Of a stretch of DNA of 64,000 nucleotides, positions 1-10,134 are shown piece by piece. A program made the position numbers and the translations under genes. Origin of the DNA: a virus. Its lineage: Duplodnaviria; Heunggongvirae; Uroviricota; Caudoviricetes. The stretch lies in the IMG/VR virus record IMGVR_UViG_3300029488_000242; one strand, given 5' to 3'. Each line of letters opens with the position of its first letter. Position 1 is the first letter of the stretch. Below the pieces are notes generated by a model. It searched no databases. It saw only the letters and a list, made by a program, of their open reading frames with translations, and was not told where the DNA came from.

Positions 1-40
1 AATTCTTACATTTTTAGGACAGCAATCTGCTAGGAAGTCG

Positions 41-463
41 ATGAGTGTAGCTGATACATATAGAGCAGGTGTAAAGGCAAATATAAGAGAATATATAGAG
101 TTTAAAAATTTATTTGAATCATACAATATTCAAATTGTAACCGATGATAATAAACTTGAAAACCCAATAGGCAAAGTTGCACCATCAAGAGAATTATTAA
201 GAATGGCTAAGAATAATACGGAATTATTAGAACTCATAATCAAGACAATTAAAGCAATTGATTGGACAGGAAGTGAAAAGAGTGCATTTACACTTAGGCT
301 GTTCCAGATATTCAAGAAACTGTTTGCAAATTATGAAAAGAATACAGTTATTGAAGGACTTCTTGAAAACTGCAAGGGAGCTTCATATTTTGAAAATAAG
401 ATTGCACCTGTTAAGAGTAATGCTGAAATGTATGATATTTTGGCAAAGGCAATTTGTGAATAA
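41..463 (+). CDS. hypothetical protein; reading frame is open to the window start, so may be 5'-partial
   Basis: ORF track; no stop in frame upstream back to nt 2. Confidence 0.4.
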   Translation: MSVADTYRAGVKANIREYIEFKNLFESYNIQIVTDDNKLENPIGKVAPSRELLRMAKNNTELLELIIKTIKAIDWTGSEKSAFTLRLFQIFKKLFANYEKNTVIEGLLENCKGASYFENKIAPVKSNAEMYDILAKAICE

Positions 464-527
464 GAGAACATATACATATAAAGCTGCACTATCAGGCTAT
501 ACGGGTAACAGAAAGGAAGTGAGATTT

Positions 528-725
528 ATGCATAATTTTAGAAAGTCAAAGCGAATGCGTGACTTTGATATAGTTTTACGGAAGAATGGATATACACCGA
601 CAAGGTGCAAGGGAAGTCATTTCGTGTATATCAATCGTACAACGCATAGGATAATGCCTGTTAATAAGGATCTGAATGACATGGTAAGGCAGCGATTGAT
701 TAAAGAGTATAACTTGGAGGTGTAA
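528..725 (+). CDS. hicA: HicA-like (YcfA family) mRNA-interferase toxin domain protein
   Basis: 65 aa; motif DFDIVLRKNGYTPTRCKGSHFVYIN...IMPVNKDLNDMVRQRLIKEYNL matches HicA consensus (GSH motif); RBS gaaaggaag upstream of ATG 528. Confidence 0.6.
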   Translation: MHNFRKSKRMRDFDIVLRKNGYTPTRCKGSHFVYINRTTHRIMPVNKDLNDMVRQRLIKEYNLEV

Positions 726-729
726 AGAA

Positions 730-1203
730 ATGAAATGGATTGAGATTTTACGGAAAAATGATTGTGCATTATTACAAAGCGAAAGTGATACACAGTATGC
801 AGTTGTTAGTGGTTATAATCCAACGCAGCCAGAAAATAAACAGTGGGCATATGGAACTTATTTCACTTATTTCCATAATAACTTTAAGAAGATGTTATAT
901 CTTCAATCAGCTTATGATTGTTTCATGGAAAAGGTAAATGTGGATTATATTCCACGTTGCAGGTTATCAGAACTTGCAACACTTTTCAAGGACGGTTTAA
1001 TCTCTGATGATAGAGAAAGTGCAATGGAATACTTTAATGAAGTTTGTGAAATGACAGATAAAGAGAAAGGGTGGTTCGGCATTGAAGAGAATAGTCCATT
1101 AGCAAACAGTAAGTTTGAGAATCCTATGTATAACAAGGGATATGACGATGGGTTTTCGGATGCAATGAATGAGAATGAAAGCGAGGACAAAAATTATGGT
1201 TAA
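730..1203 (+). CDS. hypothetical protein (acidic); no HicB-like fold recognisable
   Basis: ORF track, RBS ggagg; directly follows hicA-like gene. Confidence 0.5.
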   Translation: MKWIEILRKNDCALLQSESDTQYAVVSGYNPTQPENKQWAYGTYFTYFHNNFKKMLYLQSAYDCFMEKVNVDYIPRCRLSELATLFKDGLISDDRESAMEYFNEVCEMTDKEKGWFGIEENSPLANSKFENPMYNKGYDDGFSDAMNENESEDKNYG

Positions 1204-1474
1204 ATTTTGTGACGAATGTATAGATAGTTCGGATTGGATAGAAGAAATAACAGGATATAGACCTGTTGATGATTTAATTACTATTAATGAACTAAATGAG
1301 ATTGCACAAGACCCAAATAAAAATGGAGGCGATGATGGTCTTGCTAATCATTGGGATTATCCTTTGAGTGAAATCCCAAACCTTGTATGTGACGGCGAAG
1401 ATGGTACAGAATATGTAATTGTCAGATTTGATGACGGGTGCAATGGATACGAATATAGGGTATGTGAAATATGA
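1196..1474 (+). CDS. hypothetical protein
   Basis: ORF track, internal ATG overlapping previous stop (ATGGTTAA). Confidence 0.4.
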   Translation: MVKFCDECIDSSDWIEEITGYRPVDDLITINELNEIAQDPNKNGGDDGLANHWDYPLSEIPNLVCDGEDGTEYVIVRFDDGCNGYEYRVCEI

Positions 1475-1529
1475 GATTCGTTGAAATAAAGTAAATGGAT
1501 ATTTCATAAGGAAGGGAAAGGTGATTGAT

Positions 1530-1802
1530 ATGTTCTTGGTATACGAAAAAAATTATTTAAGTTACGGAGATGTAGATTGTGTTGAAGAAACTGATATGAA
1601 ATTATATGACACAAAAGAAAAAGCAATAACAGAAATGGAACGGAGAAAGACAATGTATATTGAAGATACAGAAAATGACTTCACATATATGGAAAATGAA
1701 AGTTCTGAAAATTGTATTGTTTTTGCAGATGAATTGTCAGAAACAGGCGATGATAGAGAAGGTGAATTTCATATTTGTGTAGTAGAATTAGAAGTAGAGT
1801 AA
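1530..1802 (+). CDS. hypothetical acidic protein
   Basis: ORF track; ATG with RBS spacing ~9. Confidence 0.45.
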   Translation: MFLVYEKNYLSYGDVDCVEETDMKLYDTKEKAITEMERRKTMYIEDTENDFTYMENESSENCIVFADELSETGDDREGEFHICVVELEVE

Positions 1803-1841
1803 ATGCGTGTTTCCTTGGATTAGAAAGGTGGGTAAATATAT

Positions 1842-2042
1842 ATGAACGGAATGCAAATTTGGGAAGTAAATGGAATTGATGACTTAGAAGGCACTTGTTT
1901 TGCACAGTGTTCTACTAAAGAAAAGGCAGAAAAGGCAATCCAAATTCTTGAAGAAAACGGTTTTGAAGATATGCTTGAGGTTGAACAAAGTAGCTTACGA
2001 TTAGACCAGTTATTGATTGAAGATAAATTAATTCAACTGTAA
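1842..2042 (+). CDS. hypothetical protein
   Basis: ORF track, RBS. Confidence 0.45.
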   Translation: MNGMQIWEVNGIDDLEGTCFAQCSTKEKAEKAIQILEENGFEDMLEVEQSSLRLDQLLIEDKLIQL

Positions 2043-2077
2043 AAATTCGTGTTCTCTTGGAATGGAGGTAAGAGAAG

Positions 2078-2299
2078 ATGATTGTAAATGCTTATTTAAA
2101 AGTAACTCAAAAACAATGGGAAGACATTAAAGAGAAATATGTAGAACCGAATATGTATCATATTGTAAGCAGTTCAAAGCGAAAGTGCAAGCGTTGTGAC
2201 GGATGCAGTGCGTATAATCCTTGTACAACTTATGAAGGATATTGTACAGAAGTAGAAGGATTAGTTGACAGAAATTCTACTTGCGAAAGTTGGCACTAA
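2078..2299 (+). CDS. hypothetical Cys-rich (zinc-ribbon-like) protein
   Basis: ORF track; CKRCDGC...CTTYEGYC; RBS ggaggtaag. Confidence 0.45.
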   Translation: MIVNAYLKVTQKQWEDIKEKYVEPNMYHIVSSSKRKCKRCDGCSAYNPCTTYEGYCTEVEGLVDRNSTCESWH

Positions 2300-2329
2300 A
2301 TATGTGTTTTATATGGAGGAGAAATTAAA

Positions 2330-2545
2330 ATGAATGAATCATTATTAGCATTATTGAAAAAAGAGGATGGTCTTGTAAGAGATGTACGGTTAAATAAGGA
2401 AACTTATGAGATGTTGAGAGATAAAAATAAGCATCTTGCATCTGAATACATGGAAAAACTAGAAGAGTCTAAAGAGGTTCTTTTAGAGTGTCGAAAAGAA
2501 ATCTCGCAGTATTTGGATTTTTTGGAGGTTTTAAAAGAGAACTAA
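2330..2545 (+). CDS. hypothetical protein
   Basis: ORF track; RBS ggagga. Confidence 0.4.
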   Translation: MNESLLALLKKEDGLVRDVRLNKETYEMLRDKNKHLASEYMEKLEESKEVLLECRKEISQYLDFLEVLKEN

Positions 2546-2580
2546 ATTCGCATTTACTTTGGAAAGGATAGTAGATAAAT

Positions 2581-2763
2581 ATGTATAGTGGTATAGTTGT
2601 AAAACCTTATTGGGGTTTTAAAGTTGGAGATAGGATATACTTGAGAGAAACAAATATTACATTCAAATGGAGTGCTGATTTATATAGGTCAGAGGACTTA
2701 TCATCATTTGTTGTTACGGTATGGGACATTGATGAATTTAGGGAGTGTGTAAAATTAGATTGA
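2581..2763 (+). CDS. hypothetical protein
   Basis: ORF track; conserved leader shared with ORF at ~2807. Confidence 0.4.
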   Translation: MYSGIVVKPYWGFKVGDRIYLRETNITFKWSADLYRSEDLSSFVVTVWDIDEFRECVKLD

Positions 2764-2993
2764 CTGATGAAAATAGTCATTTGCTTAGAAAGGATGGTGG
2801 ATAAATATGTATAGAGTTGAATGGTTAGATATTGATGGAGAACAAAAAGTAATGAGGGGCTTTAAAACAAGTGAGGAAGCTCATGAGTGGATTAGAACGC
2901 ATCATTTTGATATGGATTTTGAAATGCCGATGGTGTTTTATGACGGAGAATAAGCAAACTAAACTAAGATTTTTTAGGAAGGAGTGAAGGGAA

Positions 2994-3185
2994 ATGGCAA
3001 AATATACATGTAGCAAGACAAAGGATGAAATTCTTGAAATTATTGCAGAGGAATTTAGAAAAGTAAATAAGGATTATGATGATGCAATGCAGAACGACAA
3101 TGATAAACTCAAAGAACGGAATCAGGGTAGATATGTAGCAATGTTTGATTTGTTACATAAGTTAGAAATTTATGAAAAGGAGTGA
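2994..3185 (+). CDS. hypothetical protein
   Basis: ORF track; RBS aaggagtgaagg. Confidence 0.4.
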   Translation: MAKYTCSKTKDEILEIIAEEFRKVNKDYDDAMQNDNDKLKERNQGRYVAMFDLLHKLEIYEKE

Positions 3186-3191
3186 AGCGAA

Positions 3192-3407
3192 ATGACAACT
3201 ATTGAAAAGTCAAAAGAGGATGCACGGAACTTAAATGAACTCACGGATCATCTGATTAAGCTGCTTGAATCGGATGACAAGCGGTTCTCATTTGAATTTT
3301 GTGCAGGTGGCACAATGGAGATTTACGACAAAGAAAAAGAAATCGGTTATGCAGTTCACATTGCACCGATTGAATATGATGAGAACGGAAAAGCAATAAA
3401 TTTATAG
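3192..3407 (+). CDS. hypothetical protein
   Basis: ORF track; RBS aaggagtgaagc. Confidence 0.45.
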   Translation: MTTIEKSKEDARNLNELTDHLIKLLESDDKRFSFEFCAGGTMEIYDKEKEIGYAVHIAPIEYDENGKAINL

Positions 3408-3414
3408 TAACCGC

Positions 3415-3455
3415 AAGGCAGTTAGGAGAATAATCTACTAGCTGCCTATTTTATT
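3415..3455 (+). terminator. rho-independent terminator (stem aaggcagttag / ctagctgcct then ATTTTATT)
   Basis: hairpin plus T-rich tail after stop at 3407; loop contains GGAGAATAAT. Confidence 0.5.
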
Positions 3456-3477
3456 ACAAGAAAGCGAGGAAATGATT

Positions 3478-4167
3478 ATGGAATTACGGAACAATTGGTA
3501 TAAAGCAGACAAAGGAAAGCATTTTGTACTTACAGAAAAAGGCAAAGAAGAGTGTGCGAGTTACAAACATAAAACAGTTGGTAAGACTGTAGACGAATAT
3601 GATTATGAAGCAACCGAATGGTCAGTTGATAAAGGTTATGTAATCGAAACTGATATTCCAGGATGGACAAAAGGACTCAAAGGATATGAAGTTGTGTATT
3701 ATCACAAAGGAAAATATAGATTATCAGCAGGTAATCCGCAAATCTTCCCAACACGCAAAGCAGCAGAAGTTTATAAAAAGCATTATGAATCATATACATG
3801 GTTCAATGATACCTTGGTAATTGAAGAAGTCGAATATGATGGTGTTCCATTAAGTGAACCGAAAATGTACAAGGGAAAGGAAGTTGTGGATAAGGAACAC
3901 TATTTTGGACTTGATGCACATGAAGTCGGTGAGTATTTCACAGAAGATATGATTGATTTCTTTATGGATTTATTACCACCTGTTTGTATGAGAAGTGATT
4001 GTTCACAGATTGGCGAGCCATGTTCAAGCAGAATTGATGAAAATGGAGAAGGTAGAACAACATATTCTACATTCAAAAAAGTAGATGAAGAAATTTGGGA
4101 ATACTGTGGAGATTGTTTCAGAGGCGAAAATTATATGCATGGAAAAGATATTCCATATGTGAGATAA
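3478..4167 (+). CDS. hypothetical protein
   Basis: ORF track (frame 3472..4167); second ATG better spaced from RBS. Confidence 0.55.
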   Translation: MELRNNWYKADKGKHFVLTEKGKEECASYKHKTVGKTVDEYDYEATEWSVDKGYVIETDIPGWTKGLKGYEVVYYHKGKYRLSAGNPQIFPTRKAAEVYKKHYESYTWFNDTLVIEEVEYDGVPLSEPKMYKGKEVVDKEHYFGLDAHEVGEYFTEDMIDFFMDLLPPVCMRSDCSQIGEPCSSRIDENGEGRTTYSTFKKVDEEIWEYCGDCFRGENYMHGKDIPYVR

Positions 4168-4180
4168 GGAGATGATACAG

Positions 4181-4450
4181 ATGTTAAATATTAAATGGGA
4201 TAACGGAGTTACAGGATATTTAAGCAAAAGCGAAAAAGAACTGTGTGAAAAGATTGATAGAGAAATCAGTGCTATCAATGCAGTAAGTAAAACGGAAATA
4301 TCTGTAGTAATCAGTATTGAAGGTGGCAATCAATTCCACATAAAGAAAGATACTGGTTCACTGATTGGATATATGAACGCAGAACAATGTTGGTATGCAT
4401 TGAAGGGAATTATGACAAGTTTGTTATACATGGAAAGGCAGGTTGATTAG
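4181..4450 (+). CDS. hypothetical protein
   Basis: ORF track frame 4172..4450. Confidence 0.45.
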   Translation: MLNIKWDNGVTGYLSKSEKELCEKIDREISAINAVSKTEISVVISIEGGNQFHIKKDTGSLIGYMNAEQCWYALKGIMTSLLYMERQVD

Positions 4451-4451
4451 T

Positions 4452-5411
4452 ATGAAGTATACAATAGATACATTAAGAGAGATTAACGCAAGATTTTGTG
4501 ATTCGCATATACTTATGAATTACGATGTAGATAAGGCAAATATGTATGTTGAACTTATAGAAAATACACGATCTGAAAAGACTCCAAGTATAGGTGATTG
4601 CGTTAGATATACAAATGAATATGGAGATTACTATGGAGCAGCTCATATTGAAAAAGCAGATGCGAATGAAATTTATATCTGTGAACGACCATATACACCT
4701 TTTATCCATGAATACGAAGGCAGAATTAGTTGTAATACAAGTGGTGGAGCATGGATATATTTACCAACAAGAGAACTGAAATATATAGGTAAAATTGAAA
4801 AGAGATTTTGTGATTGGGGTAATTGTGGAGGCTGTGCAGATGGTGCTATTGATTTTATAGCAGAAGTAAGTTTATGGGAATATGTAGATAGTAAAAATCC
4901 TTTTGTAAGTGAAAATGGATATAAGTTCACAACAAAGGATTTTGATAAACAGTATATATCATTCAATCCTAAAGATTCACCTTGTGTATATTTTGGAGAA
5001 GATTGTGCATGGAAAAGTAAAACAGATTTATATGCTTATCTGAGAACATATAGAGCAGAAATTTTTAAAGGACATTGGCAGAATCAGTTCATTATTTGGA
5101 CTTGGAAAGAGAAACAGCATCATGTATCACCAACGGAATTTGATAGTCTTAAATTAGAAGAAGATACATTCCTGATGAATGGTGACATCATGAAATGTAA
5201 AAGAAAATATGATGAAATTACTCATACTGTACACACATATTATGTTTGGTATTGGGACGATCCAACTAAAGACTTCTTTGAGGCAAGTGCAGAACAGAAT
5301 AAAATAAGAGAAAAATATTATACACTTGATAGAAGAACTCCAACATATATTGTTGCGAGAGAAGAAATAAAGTCTGGAATTGAAATTCCAAAACATAAGG
5401 AGGTGGAATAA
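4452..5411 (+). CDS. hypothetical protein (321 aa)
   Basis: ORF track frame; ATG after RBS aaggcagg. Confidence 0.55.
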   Translation: MKYTIDTLREINARFCDSHILMNYDVDKANMYVELIENTRSEKTPSIGDCVRYTNEYGDYYGAAHIEKADANEIYICERPYTPFIHEYEGRISCNTSGGAWIYLPTRELKYIGKIEKRFCDWGNCGGCADGAIDFIAEVSLWEYVDSKNPFVSENGYKFTTKDFDKQYISFNPKDSPCVYFGEDCAWKSKTDLYAYLRTYRAEIFKGHWQNQFIIWTWKEKQHHVSPTEFDSLKLEEDTFLMNGDIMKCKRKYDEITHTVHTYYVWYWDDPTKDFFEASAEQNKIREKYYTLDRRTPTYIVAREEIKSGIEIPKHKEVE

Positions 5412-5412
5412 T

Positions 5413-5760
5413 ATGAAAATTCTTGATAAAGCCATTACACAAGATGGAATAGAAATTGAGCTTAGAGATTTAAGCGATGAACACAAGCTGCTAGACTATA
5501 ACGGATTGGTAATTGTCTTCCGTACAATCGCAAAGAAAACATTTCCACCTAATCTTGGATGGTATGCACAAAAAGAAAAAGAATTTCATTCGTGTATTTG
5601 TTGCTATAAAAATTATACATCAGATATGTTAAAGGCAGATTACGAGGAACTGAAAAATGGTACAAAAACTCTTGCAGATTTGAAATCATATTTTTGGAAT
5701 GGATATAGAGATCGTTATGTACTTGGGTTGGAAGGAGGTAAAAATTATGTTAAAAATTGA
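5413..5760 (+). CDS. hypothetical protein
   Basis: ORF track frame; RBS aaggaggtgg. Confidence 0.5.
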   Translation: MKILDKAITQDGIEIELRDLSDEHKLLDYNGLVIVFRTIAKKTFPPNLGWYAQKEKEFHSCICCYKNYTSDMLKADYEELKNGTKTLADLKSYFWNGYRDRYVLGLEGGKNYVKN

Positions 5761-5938
5761 AATTAAAACAGGTAATGCAGCATTCTGTGATCCGTTTACA
5801 GGTGAACCAAGCGAATTTGATGAAGCTATTGAATGTAAAAGACTTCTTGAAGATATTTGCAGAAAACTTGAAGATGGTGTAACAAGCGGAAACATCATTG
5901 ATATAAACGGAAATAAAGTTGGTCAATGGAGCAGATAG
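5747..5938 (+). CDS. hypothetical protein
   Basis: ORF track frame; RBS ggaaggaggt. Confidence 0.45.
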   Translation: MLKIEIKTGNAAFCDPFTGEPSEFDEAIECKRLLEDICRKLEDGVTSGNIIDINGNKVGQWSR

Positions 5939-6161
5939 GAGCGTGATTATATGGCATATTACAGTAGTCCAAGAAAGTATGAAAACGCAACTGGTAAAAG
6001 ATTTACAAGCAACTGCCCATGTATACATAGAACAGGGAGCGTTAAAGGTATGGTTAAATTAGGCTTTTGGGACAAAGATAGCGATAAGGTAAGGCATGGA
6101 AACTGGATTTATCAGCAACCATAAAGCAAAGGAAATTGTAATTTATAAGGAAGTGATTGAG

Positions 6162-6455
6162 ATGAAAATAATAAAATGTTATAATGATTATGCAAGATTA
6201 CGCAAAGAGTTAAAGTTAAAACAGTATAATGAATTGAATGACAGCATTGGTCAGTATAATACAGATGAGTACAGCGTAGATGTTACATTAAGAGATTACG
6301 ATGGAAATTGGTGTATTGATTATGATGTGTACAAGCCAAATGGAAATCCCAAATATCTTGACGGTGGTAAGGTGTGCGATGCGTCTAAGATGCCATTAAC
6401 TGATAAAGGATTTTGGATATTAGTTAGAAAGAAATTTGAAGAACATATAAAATAA
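6162..6455 (+). CDS. hypothetical protein
   Basis: ORF track frame; RBS taaggaag. Confidence 0.5.
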   Translation: MKIIKCYNDYARLRKELKLKQYNELNDSIGQYNTDEYSVDVTLRDYDGNWCIDYDVYKPNGNPKYLDGGKVCDASKMPLTDKGFWILVRKKFEEHIK

Positions 6456-6473
6456 GAAAGGTGTATTAAAAGA

Positions 6474-6650
6474 ATGAAAAAAGTGGTGGTACAGTATGAT
6501 GAAGCAGTTAGGTTTTACGATAATGTGACAAAAATACAATATTTTGGGGCAGGTGATTTCTTTGAAGCATATTTTGTTATATATCAGGGAAAAGAAAAGA
6601 CGGTGATTATGCTAAGTGAAATTAATGGTCTTGAAATCAAAGAAGAGTAA
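6474..6650 (+). CDS. hypothetical small protein (58 aa)
   Basis: hand-found ORF, weak RBS. Confidence 0.3.
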   Translation: MKKVVVQYDEAVRFYDNVTKIQYFGAGDFFEAYFVIYQGKEKTVIMLSEINGLEIKEE

Positions 6651-6698
6651 AGATAGATAAGACTTGTAAGCAAGCGTAAATTAAATAGAGAATAATAA

Positions 6699-6732
6699 GG
6701 CAGATGGATAAATAAAATTCATCTGCTTTTTT
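6699..6732 (+). terminator. rho-independent terminator (ggcagatgg...ccatctgc + T6)
   Basis: stem-loop followed by TTTTTT; preceded by AGAGAATAATAAGGCAGA box. Confidence 0.7.
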
Positions 6733-6776
6733 AGTGTAACTAACAAAGAATTTCAAGAAAGGTTAAGGTAAATATT

Positions 6777-7262
6777 ATGAGAGTAAACGAAGTAAGAAAA
6801 ACAGAAACAATTGAGAAGTTAGTAAGAACAGAGTACATTGCAGAAGATGGCACAGTATTTAGAAGTGAAGAGGAGTGCAAAAAGTATGAGGAATCAGCAT
6901 TATTTGCAATTAGTAAAGAGTTAAAGAGACTTGATAATAAGAAAAATGGAGCTTCCGAATATGATATTTATGATGAATGTTCTGATGAATATCTGGTAGA
7001 GATTTTTAATGCAGAAACAGAAAGAGATATTGAGAATATTAGAAGATATGTATATCTCAAAGCTCTTTCAAATAGTTCATATGCGAGAAAGGAAGATGTT
7101 GATTTACCTAATATCACAGCAGGGCATGAAGTAATTATTCATTGGAACTATGACGAAGATAGTTGTTGGACTATTGGTAATGGAAGTATTGATGCTTTCT
7201 GTGGCTATATTAGAGAGAATCTTATGAGTTTAATCACACCAAAGGAAGAGAAAACAGAATAA
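6777..7262 (+). CDS. hypothetical protein
   Basis: ORF track; RBS aaggttaagg. Confidence 0.55.
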   Translation: MRVNEVRKTETIEKLVRTEYIAEDGTVFRSEEECKKYEESALFAISKELKRLDNKKNGASEYDIYDECSDEYLVEIFNAETERDIENIRRYVYLKALSNSSYARKEDVDLPNITAGHEVIIHWNYDEDSCWTIGNGSIDAFCGYIRENLMSLITPKEEKTE

Positions 7263-7276
7263 TACAGAGAATAACA

Positions 7277-7308
7277 AGGCAGACGCAAACAAATGTGTCT
7301 GCCTTTTG
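7277..7308 (+). terminator. rho-independent terminator (aggcagac...gtctgcct + TTTT)
   Basis: stem-loop plus T-run; same AGAGAATAACAAGGCAGA box as at 6686. Confidence 0.7.
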
Positions 7309-7328
7309 TAATGGAAGGAGTGAATGAA

Positions 7329-7667
7329 ATGATTATATTGCAAAGAGATTCACGGTATGAGGTGGGCGATCCTGATTGTGTGTTCAAAGTAAAATCAGGT
7401 GACTTAATTACGCCCATAAAGCGAATTGGATATAAAACTACATTTGATGATTGGAAAGATTACGGAGAAATTACGGATGAAGATATAGAAGATTTATATA
7501 TTTTCTGTTGTCCTAATAACAATGAAACTCAAACAGAAATTTATATTTCAATTTGTTCAAATTGGGATTTGATTTTTGTTGGTAGGTATAAAGGTGTTTT
7601 CTTTGATAATACGGAGGCTATTACAGCAAAGATTAATGCATGGATTAACAATAATATGGAGGTGTGA
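7329..7667 (+). CDS. hypothetical protein
   Basis: ORF track frame; RBS aaggag. Confidence 0.5.
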   Translation: MIILQRDSRYEVGDPDCVFKVKSGDLITPIKRIGYKTTFDDWKDYGEITDEDIEDLYIFCCPNNNETQTEIYISICSNWDLIFVGRYKGVFFDNTEAITAKINAWINNNMEV

Positions 7668-7669
7668 TT

Positions 7670-7891
7670 ATGAACACATTAGAAGATATTCTAAATACAT
7701 TAGGAAGTAAAAAACCATTCTTAGACAAGATAATAATTGATGAAGATGGTGGAAGGCAACCATTCACTAAAGGCGGTGCTAAAGCATATGAAAAATTGAC
7801 AGAAATCTTATATGCGGTTGGAGAACTTACTAACACAGATATGAATGATATTGTTGAAGAATTAGATAGTATAGCAAATCAGGATATGTAG
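7670..7891 (+). CDS. hypothetical protein
   Basis: ORF track frame; RBS ggaggtg. Confidence 0.45.
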   Translation: MNTLEDILNTLGSKKPFLDKIIIDEDGGRQPFTKGGAKAYEKLTEILYAVGELTNTDMNDIVEELDSIANQDM

Positions 7892-7903
7892 GAGGTAAGC
7901 GAA

Positions 7904-8107
7904 ATGGTACAATTACGGCAATACAAAATGGTTGAAGGAATTGGAAGTCATTGGAATAAACGATGGGAAATCCAAGAGAAATATAAATATTTTGAAAATG
8001 GAGAATGGGTTTATTCCTGGCATTTAGTATTTTGGAGCAGTGATAAAGCGAGATGCGAAGAAGTGTTTGAGAAATATAAAAAATTAGGAGGTAAGCGAAA
8101 TGATTGA
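7904..8107 (+). CDS. hypothetical protein
   Basis: ORF track; RBS ggaggtaagcgaa. Confidence 0.45.
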   Translation: MVQLRQYKMVEGIGSHWNKRWEIQEKYKYFENGEWVYSWHLVFWSSDKARCEEVFEKYKKLGGKRND

Positions 8108-8411
8108 GTTAAAAGATTTATTGGAAGAAAATGAAACACTTGTAACATTTCATCTTTGCAATGAATATTGGTCACGGAATGCAATCACAGTAAAAGGAAA
8201 TGATGATATTTCTGGTGCATTAGAAATGACATTACATAGAATACTTGAAGCTGGTGGAATAGAAGATGATGTAAAGCGAATTATGGGTGCTGAAATTCCA
8301 ACAGAAGATGAACTAAAAGAACTTGAAGAGTTTGATGAATTTAGTTGGATAGATTTAGGTTATGTATTACCTGGTTTAATTGATTTATGGGAAGAAAGCG
8401 AGGTTGATTGA
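8100..8411 (+). CDS. hypothetical acidic protein
   Basis: ORF track; identical RBS context ggaggtaagcgaaatg. Confidence 0.45.
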   Translation: MIELKDLLEENETLVTFHLCNEYWSRNAITVKGNDDISGALEMTLHRILEAGGIEDDVKRIMGAEIPTEDELKELEEFDEFSWIDLGYVLPGLIDLWEESEVD

Positions 8412-8412
8412 T

Positions 8413-9387
8413 ATGACAATAGAAATATTAAAAACCAGAATAGATGAAATATTAAAGAAAATGTGGGGTGTAAATGAAGATGGTGGCATCGAAATTTATA
8501 CTGACTACAGAGAAAGAGAACTTTCTGATAGTTTCTTAAAAGAGATATTTGAGCATGATAATCCAAGAGAGGCATTTAATGATGAATTAGCTGATTGGGC
8601 TATGGATTATGCAATGGAGTATGGAGAAGATGAGTTTGAAAAGGATATTCGTGAAGAAATGACGGATGAAGAGGAAGAGTATTTTACAGATAATTTTAAT
8701 GAGATATGGGAGTATGTAAGAGAAAATACATATTTTTATTACAACGCCGAGGATTTTAATAATGAAGTCAAAGTAAATATTATGGTGGATTGTGGTAATT
8801 GGAATTACGATTGCGTTTGCGATAATGTTCTGAATTGGTATGGAAATTCAGGAGATGGAAGTATTGACAAAGAATCATCTATGCTATGGTCAGCAAAAAC
8901 ACAAGGTAAAGCAACAGCATTAAGAAAGGCATGTAAACAAGTACATAGGGATGATGGATATTATGTAGATAGAGATAAAAACAAAGACAAATTTATAGAA
9001 AGCTGCATACAGGAATTTGAAAATCTTCCATCACATATGGCAACTGTAACATTTCTTGTAAAAATGCCGTTATTTGATTTGTTTGATTTAATCGAATTAC
9101 AGAATAAAGAATATGACGAAAAAGGAAAATATGATCCACGAAAGAATGAAAAATCAAAATCTTATATAGTTCTTGGAAAAGAAACAATGTGTGGGTTGTA
9201 TGATTCTTGGTCTGGTGGTGGTTCTGTATTAGAAGTAGAACTGGATAAGGATGTTAAACTTCCTATTAAATATGCAATCTTTTGTGTAGAGGGATGTAAG
9301 ATGCATGGATATGATATTGATGAAGTTTATGGACTGATTGATAGTTGTTGGAAAGAAACAGTAAAGGAAATAAAAGAGGTTGCATAA
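8413..9387 (+). CDS. hypothetical acidic protein (324 aa)
   Basis: ORF track frame; RBS gaggt. Confidence 0.55.
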   Translation: MTIEILKTRIDEILKKMWGVNEDGGIEIYTDYRERELSDSFLKEIFEHDNPREAFNDELADWAMDYAMEYGEDEFEKDIREEMTDEEEEYFTDNFNEIWEYVRENTYFYYNAEDFNNEVKVNIMVDCGNWNYDCVCDNVLNWYGNSGDGSIDKESSMLWSAKTQGKATALRKACKQVHRDDGYYVDRDKNKDKFIESCIQEFENLPSHMATVTFLVKMPLFDLFDLIELQNKEYDEKGKYDPRKNEKSKSYIVLGKETMCGLYDSWSGGGSVLEVELDKDVKLPIKYAIFCVEGCKMHGYDIDEVYGLIDSCWKETVKEIKEVA

Positions 9388-9435
9388 AACCAAAGGAAAG
9401 AACTGTTTCTAATGAAGAAAGTGAGGTACAAAAAA

Positions 9436-9624
9436 ATGATAGTAAAAGCAATATGGGAATTTGATGTAGATGATTCTGAAATGGATGGAAAATGTGTAGA
9501 TATAAAAGGATTATGTGAAGATCTAACAAGAAGAGAATTGGAATATTGTTTGAAACACAATCAATTAAATGCTGATGATTTTCAATATGAATGTCATCCT
9601 GAATTGCCTAGTGACTGGGATTAA
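9436..9624 (+). CDS. hypothetical protein
   Basis: ORF track frame; RBS gaaagtgaggt. Confidence 0.4.
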   Translation: MIVKAIWEFDVDDSEMDGKCVDIKGLCEDLTRRELEYCLKHNQLNADDFQYECHPELPSDWD

Positions 9625-10134
9625 GAAAGTGAGGTAACTTATGGTAACAAACGAAATGAAAGAACTATTAAAGAAAATAGCAGACTTAGCTTATCAAGCA
9701 TCAGAGGAAGTTTATGATGATGATAATGAAAATGGAACAGCAGGAATATTAAATCTTTGTGACAAATTATATGAAAAAATTGATGAATATTTAGGAGGTA
9801 ATACAAATGTATAAAAGTGCAATTGTAGATGAACTTGGACAGGTCGTGTTTTGATGTGATGAATTGTAAGGTAGTGAACGGATTAGTGTATCTTAAATAG
9901 TCATCCTGAATGGTCTATTAAATGTGTAGAAATATAGAAAGCGAAGTGCAAAAATCATGTTGGAAGATATTTATAAAATGCTTGGATTCGATGATACGGT
10001 ATTTGATACAGAAACGAAAACAGATAAGGCTCATACTAAGTTAATGAAGTTGCTTGATATGTGTGAGAGGCTTGGAATTATAGGAATAGTCGATGAGGAT
10101 ATGTTAGATAGAATAGAAAGTGAGGATTTTTAAT

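Noticed and set aside
730-1203. HicB antitoxin downstream of hicA-like gene
   Set aside because: No RNase-H-like N-terminal pattern nor HTH/RHH C-terminus recognisable. Left as hypothetical.
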